From an uncultured Phycisphaerales bacterium (GTDB taxonomy: Bacteria > Planctomycetota > Phycisphaerae > Tepidisphaerales > Tepidisphaeraceae), in contig CAVWVQ010000003.1 in assembly GCA_963758525.1 (NCBI GenBank), positions 1,728,001 through 1,792,000 on the forward strand: a stretch of 64,000 nt of DNA, in the 5' to 3' direction. A program made the translations under genes and the position numbers. The notes beneath the pieces were generated by a model. The model had not been told where the DNA came from and searched no databases. It was given only the letters and a program-made list of their open reading frames with translations. Shown here piece by piece: positions 21,972 through 33,425 of this stretch (positions are counted from its first letter, which is position 1; each line of letters begins with the position of its first letter).

Positions 21972-22490
21972 CGCTTCCCGATCCCCCGTTGGGCAGATTC
22001 ATTGCGACGGCGCATTTTCCAGGAGAGATTCAGCCCCGTCGGGGCCATTCTAATCACGCCAGCAAATTTGGCCAGTTCTCCGGCGACCCGGCGAGCCAGT
22101 CTGACAATTCTGAAGGAATGTGTCAGCGATCGCCCACGGGAGCAGACGAACGTCGGTGCCTGCTCTTCGTACGGAAGAATGTCTCTGACTTGTCGTAATG
22201 CAAGCAATTTTGCGTTATTTACGCACTCCTCGAAAGCGTAAAATTCCGTAAAGTTGTGTAAAGCGAACCGCTGATTCCGAGTGACAGATGAGGGTCGGCC
22301 GCCCGGCGGCGACCCGCGTTGTCCTGGATTGTAAAGCGGCTTTATGCCCGCTCACCTTCACTCTGCAATATCAATTCGTTGGTGCAGGGCGTCAGAGAAA
22401 AGTCGAATGCCCAAGGCCCAATGGCCAGCAAATGCCCAAGTCTCAAGGCCCAAGGGAAGACGGCGGGGTCGGAGCCAGCGCAATCTCCCG

Positions 22491-22564
22491 GTGTAGCCGG
22501 CGAGCATGCTCGCCGTTGTGTTTCCGGGGAGCGGGAACACGGCGGGCATGCCCACCGGCTACAC
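22491..22564. repeat. REP/REPIN-like palindrome (GTAG type)
   Basis: gtgtagccggcgagcatgctcgcc ... ggcgggcatgcccaccggctacac inverted arms. Confidence 0.7.
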
Positions 22565-22774
22565 GAAGAGATGGTTTACGGAGAGCCGCAAGCAGGCGAC
22601 GGCTTCGCCCCTTTCGTCTGATCCGTGTCGTCCGTATAACAAGGGTGGCGTTCCAAAGAAGAAATCCTACTTCCTTCCCTTGGTGCCGCAGTTTAGTCGC
22701 CGCGGCGACCGCCGCAGTTTACCCGCCGCGGCGGGTGCCTTCGTGCCTTGGCTTGGCAGTTCCGGAGAACACGC

Positions 22775-23233
22775 ATGACCGAGGCCAAACCATCCTTTAC
22801 CCTGGTTCACGTCGACCGCGTCGTGGCCGACATGGAGCGCTCCGTGGAGTTCTACACGGACTCGCTGGGCCTGCTGGTGCTGGAGGATTGCACGGTCGAA
22901 ACCGAGGCGGCGCGTTTCCTGTCGGGGGGGAAGGCCAGCAAGATGCGGATGGTGTTCATGACCAGCGGCGCTGCGACGTCGCTGATGGTCGAGCTGATCC
23001 AGCTCCTCGACGAGAACGACCGGGAGGCATCCGGCGGGTGCCGCGACACCATTTTTGCCTTCCTGGTCAAAGACCTGCAGGACGCCATCCGCGCGATGGC
23101 CGTCGACGGACGGCAACCGGTGAGCGATGTGATCCCGATTGAGCTGCTCCACCTCGGCCGGGCGCAGGTCGTCTTCTATCGAGACCCCGACGGATACCTC
23201 ATCGAGGTCGTCGAGTTTATCAAGGCGGGGTGA
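22775..23233 (+). CDS. VOC/glyoxalase family protein
   Basis: VADMERSVEFYTDSLG; FYRDPDGYLIEVVE. Confidence 0.85.
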   Translation: MTEAKPSFTLVHVDRVVADMERSVEFYTDSLGLLVLEDCTVETEAARFLSGGKASKMRMVFMTSGAATSLMVELIQLLDENDREASGGCRDTIFAFLVKDLQDAIRAMAVDGRQPVSDVIPIELLHLGRAQVVFYRDPDGYLIEVVEFIKAG

Positions 23234-23279
23234 GCCGTTGAGCGATGGACATCGTGCCCCCGGATGCTAGAATTCCGCG

Positions 23280-23549
23280 ATGGTCATCGAAGGAATCTCA
23301 ATCCTCGAGCGGCTGATCGATCCGAGTCATGGTGATTTCACTCCCGAGGTCGCTCAATATTTCTTGTCGTTCGACTTTTCAACTGAGCAACACGCCCGAT
23401 TCGAGCTTTTGTCAGGCAAGGCGGCGGAGGGATCGCTTTCGCCAGAGGAGGCCGCCGAGTTGGATGAGCTCATCGCCGCCAACGCTCTTTTGACGGTGCT
23501 CCAATCCAAAGCGCGGCTTTCAATCCGCCAGCAGACGCCGGCCGCTTGA
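23280..23549 (+). CDS. small acidic helical hypothetical protein (possible HNH partner/antitoxin)
   Basis: 89 aa; stop abuts the HNH start codon. Confidence 0.65.
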   Translation: MVIEGISILERLIDPSHGDFTPEVAQYFLSFDFSTEQHARFELLSGKAAEGSLSPEEAAELDELIAANALLTVLQSKARLSIRQQTPAA

Positions 23550-23969
23550 ATGCGCATCCCCAAGTCGATCGATCATGCCGTGCGTACGCGAGCTGGTGAC
23601 CGTTGCGAATATTGCCTGGCGCCGCAGTCTGCGTCCAAGTTCCGATTTTGGATTGACCACATCATTGCGTCCCAACACCTCGGTCCCGCGAATTCCGAAA
23701 ATCTCGCGCTGTCATGCCCCTTCTGCAACCGGCACAAGGGGCCGAATATGGTCGGGATCGATCCAACTTCCGGTTTACTTGCCCGGCTGTTCAACCCGCG
23801 CACGGATGAGTGGGAGCAGCATTTTCTCAGTTACGGCGTTCAGTTGGCTGGGATTTCTCCAACCGGTCGCGCGACCGTGGTGGTATTGGCGATGAATCAT
23901 CCGACGCAGTTGATGATTCGCAGAGCACTGGTTCGCGAGGGACTGTGGAAGGTAAACACCCAGGATTAG
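23550..23969 (+). CDS. HNH endonuclease
   Basis: CEYC, DHII, NLALSCPFCNRHKG, LFNPR. Confidence 0.9.
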   Translation: MRIPKSIDHAVRTRAGDRCEYCLAPQSASKFRFWIDHIIASQHLGPANSENLALSCPFCNRHKGPNMVGIDPTSGLLARLFNPRTDEWEQHFLSYGVQLAGISPTGRATVVVLAMNHPTQLMIRRALVREGLWKVNTQD

Positions 23970-23977
23970 AACGCGCA

Positions 23978-24763
23978 ATGGATCGAACAACAACGGACAA
24001 CGAATGGGAAAAGTGGGGGAGGAAAGATCCGTACTTCGGGGTTCTGACGGATGAAAAATTCCGAACGGCGAACCTGACCGACGAAATCAGGACCGAGTTT
24101 TTCGAGACCGGGCGGCAGCATGCGGAGCATGTGGTAAAGGTCTGCCGGGAAGTTTTTGATCCTTCCTTCACGCCCCGGCGGATCCTGGATTTTGGCTGCG
24201 GCGTTGGGCGTTTGGTGGTGCCGTTTGCGGCCAGCGCCCAAACGGTGGTGGGAGTCGACGTTTCGCCCGCGATGCTGGAAGAGGCCCGGCGAAACTGCCG
24301 GGAGCACGGGCTGGAGAACGTGGCGCTGGTTCAGTCAGACGATACCCTTTCACAGGTGGAGGGTGAGTTTGACCTCGTTCACTCCTATATCGTTCTTCAG
24401 CATATAGACCCTGGCCGGGGAACGAGGATATTTTTCAGGTTGGTCGATCTGCTCGCCCCCGGCGGTGTCGGCGCCGTTCATTTCACCTATGGCTGGCGAA
24501 ACCAGATTCCCGGCCCGAGCGGCGCGCAGCCGGCTGCTCCAACCAATCCGCTGCAAAAAATCGTGAGAAGGATCAGTCGGCGAGTGCGTCGCGCGTTTGA
24601 AAAACCAAAGCCACGCGAAGACCCGGAGATGCAGATGAATTTATATGACTTGGACACGGTCTTCGCGATGATTCAGCGCTGCGGAGCCGATCGTTGCTTT
24701 TGCGAATTTACCGACCACGGCGGGGCGCTGGGCGTCTTTGTGTTCTTCCGGAAGTCGCGCTGA
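23978..24763 (+). CDS. class I SAM-dependent methyltransferase
   Basis: ILDFGCGVGR, VDVS, FDLVHSYIVLQH. Confidence 0.88.
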   Translation: MDRTTTDNEWEKWGRKDPYFGVLTDEKFRTANLTDEIRTEFFETGRQHAEHVVKVCREVFDPSFTPRRILDFGCGVGRLVVPFAASAQTVVGVDVSPAMLEEARRNCREHGLENVALVQSDDTLSQVEGEFDLVHSYIVLQHIDPGRGTRIFFRLVDLLAPGGVGAVHFTYGWRNQIPGPSGAQPAAPTNPLQKIVRRISRRVRRAFEKPKPREDPEMQMNLYDLDTVFAMIQRCGADRCFCEFTDHGGALGVFVFFRKSR

Positions 24764-24794
24764 GGAGCTGTTTCAAAATCCCGCATCCATCCAA

Positions 24795-24876
24795 CCACGC
24801 CGAGTCTGACGTACTCCGAAGGCTCGGATTTCCGTCGCTCGATCCGAGCCTTCGGCATACCTCAGACTCGGCGTGG
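24795..24876. repeat. long intergenic hairpin (~35-bp arms)
   Basis: ccacgccgagtctga..ccgaaggctcggat / atccgagccttcgg..tcagactcggcgtgg. Confidence 0.8.
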
Positions 24877-24995
24877 GGCTGTCCGCGAGAGGGCAAGAGC
24901 AGGCAAATCAGTCCTTTCGGGTTCCACACCCTTCCACATCCTGCGGAGGGGCTCCCTTGATGTCCGCCTGAGACATTCCGTGCTATAAACTTGCC

Positions 24996-25866
24996 GTGAC
25001 GGAAGTGTCCCAATTCAGCCCGCCGAATGTTCGCGCAGAACCGTACGTGAAGATTCGCGCTCCGCGGGGCTGGGCGCCGCTGAATCTGCACGATGTCTGG
25101 CAGTTTCGTGACCTGTTGCTGGCCCTGGCCGGGCGCGACATCAAGCTGCGCTACAAGCAAACCGCATTGGGCGTGCTCTGGGTCATTCTGCAGCCGTTGA
25201 TGGCGGCGGGGGTCTTTTCGTTTGTCTTTGGCCGGATCGCACAGTTGCCCAGCGACGGGCTTCCCTACTTTGTTTTCAGCTATGCCGGCCTGCTCGGCTG
25301 GACTCTGTTCGCCGGCACGCTGACCAAAACCAGCGGTTGTCTGGTGGGCAACTCGCAACTGGTCAGCAAGATCTATTTTCCCCGTCTGGTCCTGCCTCTT
25401 TCGGCGGTTCCTTCGGTGCTGATCGACTTCGGCGTGGCGTCGGGAATGATGGTCGCGCTGATGTGCTGGTATCACATTCAGCCGGGGCCGGGAATTCTCC
25501 TGGTGCCGCTGTGGATTGCGATGCTTCTGCTGCTGTCGCTTGGCGTGGGGCTGGGCACGGCCGCACTGATGGTCAACTACCGGGATGTCGGTTATGTACT
25601 GCCGGTGCTGACCCAGATCCTGCTGTCGGCGAGTCCCGTCGCCTATAGTCTGCGATACGCCCTGACGCGCATCCCCCCGCGATTTCACGATCTGTATCTG
25701 CTCAATCCGCTGGCTGCGACGCTGGAGGCCTTGCGCAAGCCTGCTCGGAACGCCATGGCCCCCGACGCTCTCGGTGGCCTACTCTGCGACGGCGTCGGTG
25801 ATCGTCTTCCTTGCGGGCGCGTACAGCTTTAAGAAGATGGAAAGAAGATTCGCTGATGTCATCTAG
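24996..25866 (+). CDS. wzm: polysaccharide ABC transporter permease (frameshift ~25740)
   Basis: RDIKLRYKQTALGVLWVILQPL, KIYFPR, YRDV, LNPL; alternative frame ends FKKMERRFADVI*. Confidence 0.88.
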
Positions 25867-27127
25867 CGATATCGCAGTCTCCGTGCGCGGCTTATGCAAG
25901 TCGTACACGATTGCGCACGACGACGAAAAACATATCACGCTGGCCGAGACGATTCTCAGCCGGCTCAAAAGGCCGTTGCGGAAAGCGAAGACTGAAACAT
26001 TCTGGGCGCTCAAGGACGTCAGCTTCGAGGTCAAGCGAGGAGAGGTCGTCGGCATCGTCGGCCGCAATGGAGCGGGCAAGAGCACACTGCTGAAAGTGCT
26101 CAGCCGGATCACTCAACCCACCTCCGGCGAGGGGGAAATCTACGGCCGCGTCGGCAGCCTGCTCGAGGTCGGCACCGGATTTCATCCGGAACTCACCGGT
26201 CGCGAAAACGTCTTTCTCAACGGCGCGATCCTCGGCATGACCAAGGCTGAGATCCGCAGGCAGTTTGATGCAATCGTCGATTTCGCCGGCGTCGAACAGT
26301 TCCTCGATACGCCGGTGAAGCGCTACAGCAGCGGCATGTACGTCCGCCTGGCTTTCGCGGTCGCCGCTCATCTGGACAGCGAGATTCTGGTTGTCGACGA
26401 AGTTCTGGCAGTGGGGGACGTCAGCTTCCAGAAGCGCTGCCTGGACAAGATGGAATCGGTCGGGAACTCGGGGCGTACGGTGCTTTTTGTATCTCATTCC
26501 ATGTCCGCGATCGCACGACTGTGCACCAGCGCAATCCTGCTTCACCAGGGCATGCTGCAGTTCAATGGACGCGTTGCAGATGCCACGAGGCTCTATCTGG
26601 GCGACGGAGGGCGCCAGTCGGCCCAGCGCCTGTGGCCGGACGCGCATCTCGCGCCGGGGAACGACATCTGCAGGCTTCGCGCGGTTCGCGTGACGAACGC
26701 GGCCGCGGAAATTTCCCCGCGGGTTACCATCAGTGACCCGGTCTACATCGAAGTCGAGTACGACCAGTTGAAGGACGGCTTGCCCAAGCCGCTCACCGCT
26801 TCAGTGCATCTTGTGAACGAAGCGGGGATCACGGTCTTCGCGAGCAATGACTTTGATAATCTCAAGTGGTACGGGTCTGCGCGCCGAATTGGAACGGTGC
26901 GGGCGCGATGCGAAATCCCCGCCCACTTCCTGGCGGAGGGCGCGTACACCGTGCTGGCGGCGGTGTGCAGTTATGATCCCAATGCGGTGCATGCGCTGGA
27001 GCGTGATGCGGTTGCATTCGAGGCAGTCGAAGACCCCAGCCAGGTGGGGGCTCGCGCAGAATACGCTGGCGATTGGCCCGGCGTCATCCGGCCACGGCTT
27101 GCCTGGGAGGCCGCTTATGCTTCTTGA
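25856..27127 (+). CDS. wzt: polysaccharide ABC transporter ATPase with C-terminal Wzt domain
   Basis: GRNGAGKS, YSSGMYVRLAFA, VDEVLAVGD. Confidence 0.93.
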   Translation: MSSSDIAVSVRGLCKSYTIAHDDEKHITLAETILSRLKRPLRKAKTETFWALKDVSFEVKRGEVVGIVGRNGAGKSTLLKVLSRITQPTSGEGEIYGRVGSLLEVGTGFHPELTGRENVFLNGAILGMTKAEIRRQFDAIVDFAGVEQFLDTPVKRYSSGMYVRLAFAVAAHLDSEILVVDEVLAVGDVSFQKRCLDKMESVGNSGRTVLFVSHSMSAIARLCTSAILLHQGMLQFNGRVADATRLYLGDGGRQSAQRLWPDAHLAPGNDICRLRAVRVTNAAAEISPRVTISDPVYIEVEYDQLKDGLPKPLTASVHLVNEAGITVFASNDFDNLKWYGSARRIGTVRARCEIPAHFLAEGAYTVLAAVCSYDPNAVHALERDAVAFEAVEDPSQVGARAEYAGDWPGVIRPRLAWEAAYAS

Positions 27128-27731
27128 CCGGGTCAAGTCGATGCTGCGAGGCCGGCGCCGACTCGCCTCCCCGGCTCCGCGCTTTATGAAGGATCATCCG
27201 GCATTCCAAGCCTACCAAATCGGCGAATTCACCTACGGCGTGCCAAGAGTCCTCCAGTGGGGCGAGGGCGCCACATTGCGGATTGGAAAGTATTGCTCGA
27301 TTGCCGACCAGGTCACGATCTTCCTTGGAGGCGAGCATCGGACGGATTGGGTTTCGACCTTTCCATTCGTCGAGATGATGGACTTGAGCCTCAAGATTGA
27401 AGGACATCCTTCGACGCGCGGGGACGTGGTGATCGGCAACGATGTCTGGATCGGGCTCGGTGCGACTCTTCGCTCGGGCGTGCAAATCGGCGACGGCGCG
27501 GTGATCGGCACGCGCGCGGTTGTTACCAGCAATGTCGCGGCATACGCTATCGTGGCCGGAAATCCTGCAAGATTGATCCGTAAGCGTTTTTCTGACGAAA
27601 TGATTGCAGAACTCATGAAGCTGCGCTGGTGGGACTGGCCCCCCCACCGGGTTGCGAGCGCTGCACCTTATTTAATGAGCTCGGATGTTGCCGCGCTCAT
27701 GGCATACAGCCGGCAGCACGGAAACTCCTGA
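27117..27731 (+). CDS. CatB/Vat-related hexapeptide O-acetyltransferase
   Basis: IGKYCSIA, IGNDVWIG, GNPARLIRKRF, WWDW. Confidence 0.88.
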   Translation: MLLDRVKSMLRGRRRLASPAPRFMKDHPAFQAYQIGEFTYGVPRVLQWGEGATLRIGKYCSIADQVTIFLGGEHRTDWVSTFPFVEMMDLSLKIEGHPSTRGDVVIGNDVWIGLGATLRSGVQIGDGAVIGTRAVVTSNVAAYAIVAGNPARLIRKRFSDEMIAELMKLRWWDWPPHRVASAAPYLMSSDVAALMAYSRQHGNS

Positions 27732-27806
27732 CTGTATTGCGGCGCATGATTGCGCACCGTTGGCTGCGAACGTGCAACAGCGGGATCTGGCGATGGGAAG
27801 CGCGGT

Positions 27807-28568
27807 ATGGACCTGAAACGAGCAATCTTAAACCGTCTGAGGCCCAGACCGCCTCAGAAGGTCGATACGACCGTCTACGAGCAGGACGGGCTTCGGAGCA
27901 TACACAACCACTCCTTCATGCAGAACCCTCGTTTTCAAGCGGCGTATGCGCGGGGAGCGAAGGCGGCAAGCGACTATGCATGGCATTGGCGGGTGCACGT
28001 CGCGCTATGGGCCGCCGAAAGCGCAGCCCGGCTCGGGGGCGATTTTGTCGAATGCGGCGTCAACCGCGGATTCCTCAGCTCCGCGATCATGCAGTATCTG
28101 GACTGGGATTCTCTGGGACGCATGTTTTATCTGCTCGACACTTTTGCAGGAATTGACGAACGGTATATTTCCGACGAGGAGCGGAAAAAGGGAGTCATGG
28201 CAAGGAACAAAACACAGATCGATACCGGGTTCTACGTCACCGCGGTGGAATCCGTGGCGGCGAATTTTTCGCAATGGAAGAACCGGCGGATCATCCAAGG
28301 GCCCGTCCCCGAAACGCTGCCGCAGGTTGACTCCCAGCGCATCGCGTATCTGAGCCTCGACATGAATTGCGCCCCGCCGGAAATCGCCGCCGCGGAGTTT
28401 TTCTGGCCGCGACTGGTCCCCGGCGCGATCGTCCTCATGGACGACTACGCCTACTTTGGTTACGAACCGCAAAAGGCTGCATTCGACAAATTCGCTGAAG
28501 CGCGCGGCATTCCAATGCTTTCCCTTCCCACCGGACAGGGACTGTTCATCAAGCCACCAACGGTCTGA
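27807..28568 (+). CDS. TylF/MycF family O-methyltransferase
   Basis: DFVECGVNRG, LLDTFAG, LDMN, MDDY, LPTGQG. Confidence 0.88.
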   Translation: MDLKRAILNRLRPRPPQKVDTTVYEQDGLRSIHNHSFMQNPRFQAAYARGAKAASDYAWHWRVHVALWAAESAARLGGDFVECGVNRGFLSSAIMQYLDWDSLGRMFYLLDTFAGIDERYISDEERKKGVMARNKTQIDTGFYVTAVESVAANFSQWKNRRIIQGPVPETLPQVDSQRIAYLSLDMNCAPPEIAAAEFFWPRLVPGAIVLMDDYAYFGYEPQKAAFDKFAEARGIPMLSLPTGQGLFIKPPTV

Positions 28569-28612
28569 CGCGCAGAGCGCGGCCATCGATCCGTTGTCGG
28601 GCGATCGTCGCG

Positions 28613-29449
28613 ATGACCATTACCCCGGCACATAGCATGACCAACGAATCCTTCCAGCCCGCCGGCCTGCGAGAGACGGGGGAGCGCATGCTGCCTGCGC
28701 TTTCTCATCGGACCGTCTACTGGGAACACGTAGAGCGTTATCGCTTCGCCTCGGGCTTTGCGCGGAACAACGACGTGCTGGATATCGCCTGCGGCGAAGG
28801 ATACGGGACGGCCAGCTTGTTGAAGGCCGGGGCGCGATCCGTTGTCGGCGTGGACATCTCACAGGAGAGCGTCGATCACGCCGCCAAAAAATACGGACTC
28901 CGCACAATGGTCGGTTCCGCGGAAGCAATCCCGCTTCCGGACGGCGTGCTGGATCTGGTGGTGTCATTCGAGACGATCGAACACGTGCGCCAGCCGGAAC
29001 TGTTTCTTGCAGAATGCGTCCGCGTCCTCAAGCCGACGGGCACTCTGCTGGTTTCCACTCCCAACAAACCTGTTTACGACCAGCGCACGCCAGACAATCA
29101 GTTTCATTGTTCCGAGATGTCACTTGCGGACTTCGAGAGCAGCCTATCGAAGTACTTTTCCAAAGTGGATCTCTTCGCACAATGCGAACCACCGCCATGG
29201 TACCTGCGAACGCGCGGGTTTGGCCGGCTGGCTGGGATAATTCGGCGGCGGCTCAATCCGCTCTCGATGGAACCGGTCACGGACGACATGAGGTCCCGCA
29301 CAGCCGATCTGTGTGCCCAGGCGCTTCCGTACGTCGCACGGCTGGTGACGCCCGAGGCCGTTAAGCGCGTTTCGCGACCCGCGCTTGAGAGGGCGTGCTA
29401 CATCGTTGCGGCAGCAACAGGGCCCCGTGCGAATCGCGCAGCCACATGA
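28613..29449 (+). CDS. class I SAM-dependent methyltransferase
   Basis: TGER, EHVERY, VLDIACGEGYG, SFETIEH. Confidence 0.88.
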   Translation: MTITPAHSMTNESFQPAGLRETGERMLPALSHRTVYWEHVERYRFASGFARNNDVLDIACGEGYGTASLLKAGARSVVGVDISQESVDHAAKKYGLRTMVGSAEAIPLPDGVLDLVVSFETIEHVRQPELFLAECVRVLKPTGTLLVSTPNKPVYDQRTPDNQFHCSEMSLADFESSLSKYFSKVDLFAQCEPPPWYLRTRGFGRLAGIIRRRLNPLSMEPVTDDMRSRTADLCAQALPYVARLVTPEAVKRVSRPALERACYIVAAATGPRANRAAT

Positions 29450-30294
29450 CGATGAACGCTCCGTTGATTTCCGTTGCGCTCCTGGTCAGAAACGGCATGC
29501 CCGCGCTGGAGCGGCTGCTCGTCGCGCTGCGCTTGCAGCAAGGCGGCGCCGATCTTGAAATCGTCGCGGTGGACTCGGGCTCCAGCGACGGATCTATTGA
29601 AGCGCTTGCCCAGGCTGGCGCTAAAATCACGCGGATCGTCCCGGCAGAATTCCGGTTTGGGCCGACAAGACAACTCGCATTTAGTCTCACGCGCGGCCGC
29701 GTCATCGTCACGATGTCGCAGGACACGCTGCCCATCGACGCCACCTGGCTCCAAAGCATGACCGAGCCGATCCTCAACGGCGAGTTTGATATTATTCAAT
29801 CAGGCCAGCGTGCTCCCGATACGCTGTCCAAGGCCCTCTACCTCCAGCAGCAGGGAGGGGAACTGTATGGTCATTGGCGACGCCCCTATCGGGATTTGGC
29901 ATGCTGGGGCGTCGCGCTTTCCAGAGAGGCCTGGGAAAAAACCGGTTTCGGCGACGTCGAAATGTCGGAAGACAAATACCTGGGCATGCTGGCGTGGAAG
30001 CTGGGTCTGCGCATGCGGTTTGCCGCCGGACAACCGCTCTTGCACGGACACGCGTATACGCCCATCAGTTTGGCCAAGCGTTGCTTCAACGAAGGCATGG
30101 GCGCTCGAACGACCAATGGGCGCTACTCGCTGCGGCGGATGTTCCGTGACCTGGCACGTGCGCCGCTCTATCGCACTGCCTTGGGCGCCATCTTCAAATA
30201 CCGGGACTTGCGACCCAGTGAGGCATTGAGTTTTCCCCTGCGTCCCGTATTCATCTATATTGGATTCCGCTTTGGGAGGCATTACTGGCGATAA
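29446..30294 (+). CDS. glycosyltransferase family 2 (rhamnosyltransferase-like)
   Basis: VDSGSSDGS, SQD, SED motifs. Confidence 0.82.
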   Translation: MTMNAPLISVALLVRNGMPALERLLVALRLQQGGADLEIVAVDSGSSDGSIEALAQAGAKITRIVPAEFRFGPTRQLAFSLTRGRVIVTMSQDTLPIDATWLQSMTEPILNGEFDIIQSGQRAPDTLSKALYLQQQGGELYGHWRRPYRDLACWGVALSREAWEKTGFGDVEMSEDKYLGMLAWKLGLRMRFAAGQPLLHGHAYTPISLAKRCFNEGMGARTTNGRYSLRRMFRDLARAPLYRTALGAIFKYRDLRPSEALSFPLRPVFIYIGFRFGRHYWR

Positions 30295-30311
30295 TCCAAA
30301 CTCCCCACCCG

Positions 30312-31445
30312 ATGAAGATTCTGATCGACGGATTTGTCTTTACGTGCCCCGAAGGCTTCGCCGGCATCCAGCGCTATTTTCACGAGCTGCTTTCGCGCGT
30401 GTCGTCAGAGAATGCGGTGGATATCTTTCTGGATCGCCCCGCGGTGACCGCCCTCCCGGACGGTTGCCGGGTTCGATACCGCTTCGAGCATTTTCCGGTC
30501 TCCCGTTTGAATGTGGGCTTGAGGGCTTGGCACAAGTTCCAGCGGACGTTCGCGCCGACCCGGTTTTTCGAACATGACGTGTTTCATTCAACGTTCTTTA
30601 CGCCCAGCCCCAACCCGATTGTTCCCGAGGTGCTGACTGTTCACGATATGATTCCCGAGCAGCACGCGACGACGATGGGCGAGGCGACAGCCGCTCACGT
30701 CGCTCAAAAGCACGCCCGGATGCGGTCGGCGCGACTGATCATCTGCCCGTCCGAAGCGACCGCGGCCGACGTGCGGAAACTCTACCCGGAGCTGGCATCG
30801 AAGCTGCGAGTGATTCATCATGGCGCCGAGCACCTGCATTCACCAAAAACCGAGTCGGCCGCCGCAAGCGTGGCGGACGAATTGCCTTATCTGCTGTACG
30901 TGGGCCTGCGGGGAGCGTACAAAAATTTCCACTCGGTGCTCGACGCAATGGAGACTCCGTTTTGGCCGCGTGGCGTTTGCCTGCGCGTCGCGGGGAAACG
31001 CTTCCGCGACGATGAGATGCAGGAATTGGAGAAACGGCGGCTGACAGGGCGCGTGATAGACGAGGGACGGGTTACAGATGATCGGCTGGAGGCGCTGTAC
31101 CGTGACGCGATGGGTCTGATCGTGCCGTCGCTCTGCGAGGGATTTGGCTTTCCGCTTCTCGAAGCGCACTCGATGAAAACCCCAGTGCTTTGCAGCGACA
31201 TCCCGGTGTTCCATGAAGTGGCCGGTGACGCGGCGGTCTATTTCGGTCCGCTCAACCCGCGCTCCATCGCGGACGCGGCGGCGCTGCTGCTCGATCCGGC
31301 GCAAAGCTTCCGATTGCGCGAATCAGGCCGGGAAAATCTTCGCAGGTTTTCGTGGGGCCAATGTGCAGATTTGACGCTGGAAGTGTATCGCGAGACCAGC
31401 AGGTCTTCTCCTGCCTCCTCCCCTCGTACCCGGGGTGAGGATTGA
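30312..31445 (+). CDS. glycosyltransferase family 4
   Basis: [26 protein letters not shown]. Confidence 0.9.
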   Translation: MKILIDGFVFTCPEGFAGIQRYFHELLSRVSSENAVDIFLDRPAVTALPDGCRVRYRFEHFPVSRLNVGLRAWHKFQRTFAPTRFFEHDVFHSTFFTPSPNPIVPEVLTVHDMIPEQHATTMGEATAAHVAQKHARMRSARLIICPSEATAADVRKLYPELASKLRVIHHGAEHLHSPKTESAAASVADELPYLLYVGLRGAYKNFHSVLDAMETPFWPRGVCLRVAGKRFRDDEMQELEKRRLTGRVIDEGRVTDDRLEALYRDAMGLIVPSLCEGFGFPLLEAHSMKTPVLCSDIPVFHEVAGDAAVYFGPLNPRSIADAAALLLDPAQSFRLRESGRENLRRFSWGQCADLTLEVYRETSRSSPASSPRTRGED

Positions 31446-31446
31446 G

Positions 31447-32331
31447 ATGGACCCTACCCCCCCGCCGCGCATCACGATCGTGACCCCAAGCTTCAACCAG
31501 GGAAAGTTCCTGGAGGCGACGATCCGCTCCGTTCTGCTGCAGAACTATCCCAATCTCGAATACATCGTCGTCGACGGCGGCAGCACCGATAGCAGCGTCG
31601 AAATCATCCGGAAGTACGAGTCAAAACTTTCCTGGTGGGTCAGCGAGAAAGACAACGGCCAGACGCACGCGATCAACAAGGGATTTGCCCGCTCGACGGG
31701 CCAGATCATGGCGTGGCTCAACAGCGATGATCTGTATCTGCGCGGTGCGCTACAGCGCGTCGCGGATCGTTTCGCGAATGATCCGCGCTGCGACATGCTC
31801 AGCGGCGGCTGGCTCTGCTACGCCTGGCCGGATGGTACGTTCATTCCTGTTCGACCGTGCGGCGTCGGGATTCGTCCCAATCGGGCCATCATGCTGCGGC
31901 GCAACGCTTACCTCGGCCAGCATTCGACGTTCTGGCGCCGCGAGCTGTGGGACCGGGTTGGACCTCTCAACGAGTCCCTGCATCTCGCGATGGATCACGA
32001 GTTTTTCCTCCGCTGCGTGCTCGCCGGGGCCCGCGTCGAGCTTGAACCGGCGATGCTCGCCGCCTTCAGGCAGCACGCGGAGCAGAAGACAACTCATTGG
32101 GATCGATATCAGGCCGAAAGCCGCACGGCAAAGCAGCCATTTCTCACTCCTTACTGGAGCGGCCTGGCCGGTCGATCGCGAATGCGCTGGTCCGCCTGGA
32201 TCGAGGCGCTCGCCGGGCATCGCAACATCCATCCTCGCCTGGGGCTCGCGCCGCGATACGATCGGGCGGCGGTCGCTGACTGGTTGTCGCAACTGGGCGA
32301 AACAACCGGGGAGCAGACCGAATCGAGATGA
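31447..32331 (+). CDS. glycosyltransferase family 2
   Basis: TPSFNQG, DGGSTD, AINKG, WLNSDD. Confidence 0.92.
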   Translation: MDPTPPPRITIVTPSFNQGKFLEATIRSVLLQNYPNLEYIVVDGGSTDSSVEIIRKYESKLSWWVSEKDNGQTHAINKGFARSTGQIMAWLNSDDLYLRGALQRVADRFANDPRCDMLSGGWLCYAWPDGTFIPVRPCGVGIRPNRAIMLRRNAYLGQHSTFWRRELWDRVGPLNESLHLAMDHEFFLRCVLAGARVELEPAMLAAFRQHAEQKTTHWDRYQAESRTAKQPFLTPYWSGLAGRSRMRWSAWIEALAGHRNIHPRLGLAPRYDRAAVADWLSQLGETTGEQTESR

Positions 32332-33425
32332 GTGACAAGCCAAAGGTCTTCGGGCTGCTGATCGATCAGGTGGAATTTCTCACCTTCACGGTCGCGCACG
32401 CCGTCGCCAGCAGCGGTTGGCGCGTGGTGATCCTCGCTGACCCGGCGCGAAACACATCAACCCAGAACAGCTATTACACGCAACGGCTTTCCGCTCTGCC
32501 GGGGGTATCCGTTGAAACAGGGTTCACGTCGATCGATTTCGATTTCCTCTGCGTGGAGCTGACCCGGCTTACGCCGCGCGACCGCGCGGATTTTTACGCG
32601 CGCCGGGCCACGCGCGTGGGAATTGTCACGTACTGCGCTCGCGAAACCTGGCTGCGAACCATTCTGGCGGAGTTGATGGACGCCAGGCGCTGCCGTCGAT
32701 GCGTGCTGCGGGCCCGGCGATTCGTCTATGTGGATGGCTGGCGCAACATCGATCTGTTCGGGTTGCTGGGCACTCGCAAACATTTGGGAATCGACGTCCA
32801 CTCATCCTTTCTGCTCGACGCCCGATTGCGTGAAATGATGTTCGCCCATGATTGGGAACCGTCGCACAGCCGGCCCTATCGGCTGAACTTCATCGGCACG
32901 CCCTCGCCCGATTCCCGGGCACGGATTCTTCAGGATCTGGAGGCGGCCCTGTCGCGGCGCGGCGAGCGCGTTGCCCGCGTGCCGGAACAAAGCGGAGACA
33001 TTCTCTGGCTGAATGGCGTGGCAGTTTCAGGCGACCGCTTCTGCCGATTCCTCACCGACTCCGACTACACGCTTTGCCCGCCCGGACACATCCGCCTCAC
33101 TCACCGCGTGATCGAGGCGCTGCTGCGCGGCAGCATTCCCATTCTGCATGCCGACGAACTCCCGCTATACGATCTGAACCTCGAATCGGGGATAAATTGC
33201 ATCGCGGTCTCGCCCGCGAAGTGGGATGAAACCGTGGCTGCGGCAATCAACGCGGATCTGAAGACGAAGATTCGCATGCGCACGGCTATTCTGCAGATGC
33301 GGGAAAAGTATCTCACGATTGCCGCATCAAACCGCCGGATCTGCCGAAGCCTGGGGATATCCCGCGGGATTCGAGCGACGCTTGCCGCACATGCGGCTCG
33401 GCCCTATTCTCGACCTCCTCCATGA
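32328..33425 (+). CDS. hypothetical protein with exostosin/GT47-like C-terminus
   Basis: SDYTLCPPG...[14 protein letters not shown]. Confidence 0.55.
   Translation: MSDKPKVFGLLIDQVEFLTFTVAHAVASSGWRVVILADPARNTSTQNSYYTQRLSALPGVSVETGFTSIDFDFLCVELTRLTPRDRADFYARRATRVGIVTYCARETWLRTILAELMDARRCRRCVLRARRFVYVDGWRNIDLFGLLGTRKHLGIDVHSSFLLDARLREMMFAHDWEPSHSRPYRLNFIGTPSPDSRARILQDLEAALSRRGERVARVPEQSGDILWLNGVAVSGDRFCRFLTDSDYTLCPPGHIRLTHRVIEALLRGSIPILHADELPLYDLNLESGINCIAVSPAKWDETVAAAINADLKTKIRMRTAILQMREKYLTIAASNRRICRSLGISRGIRATLAAHAARPYSRPPP

Noticed and set aside
27117..27731. Chloramphenicol/streptogramin resistance gene
   Set aside because: Overlaps wzt within a glycan operon; sugar O-acetyltransferase is more parsimonious
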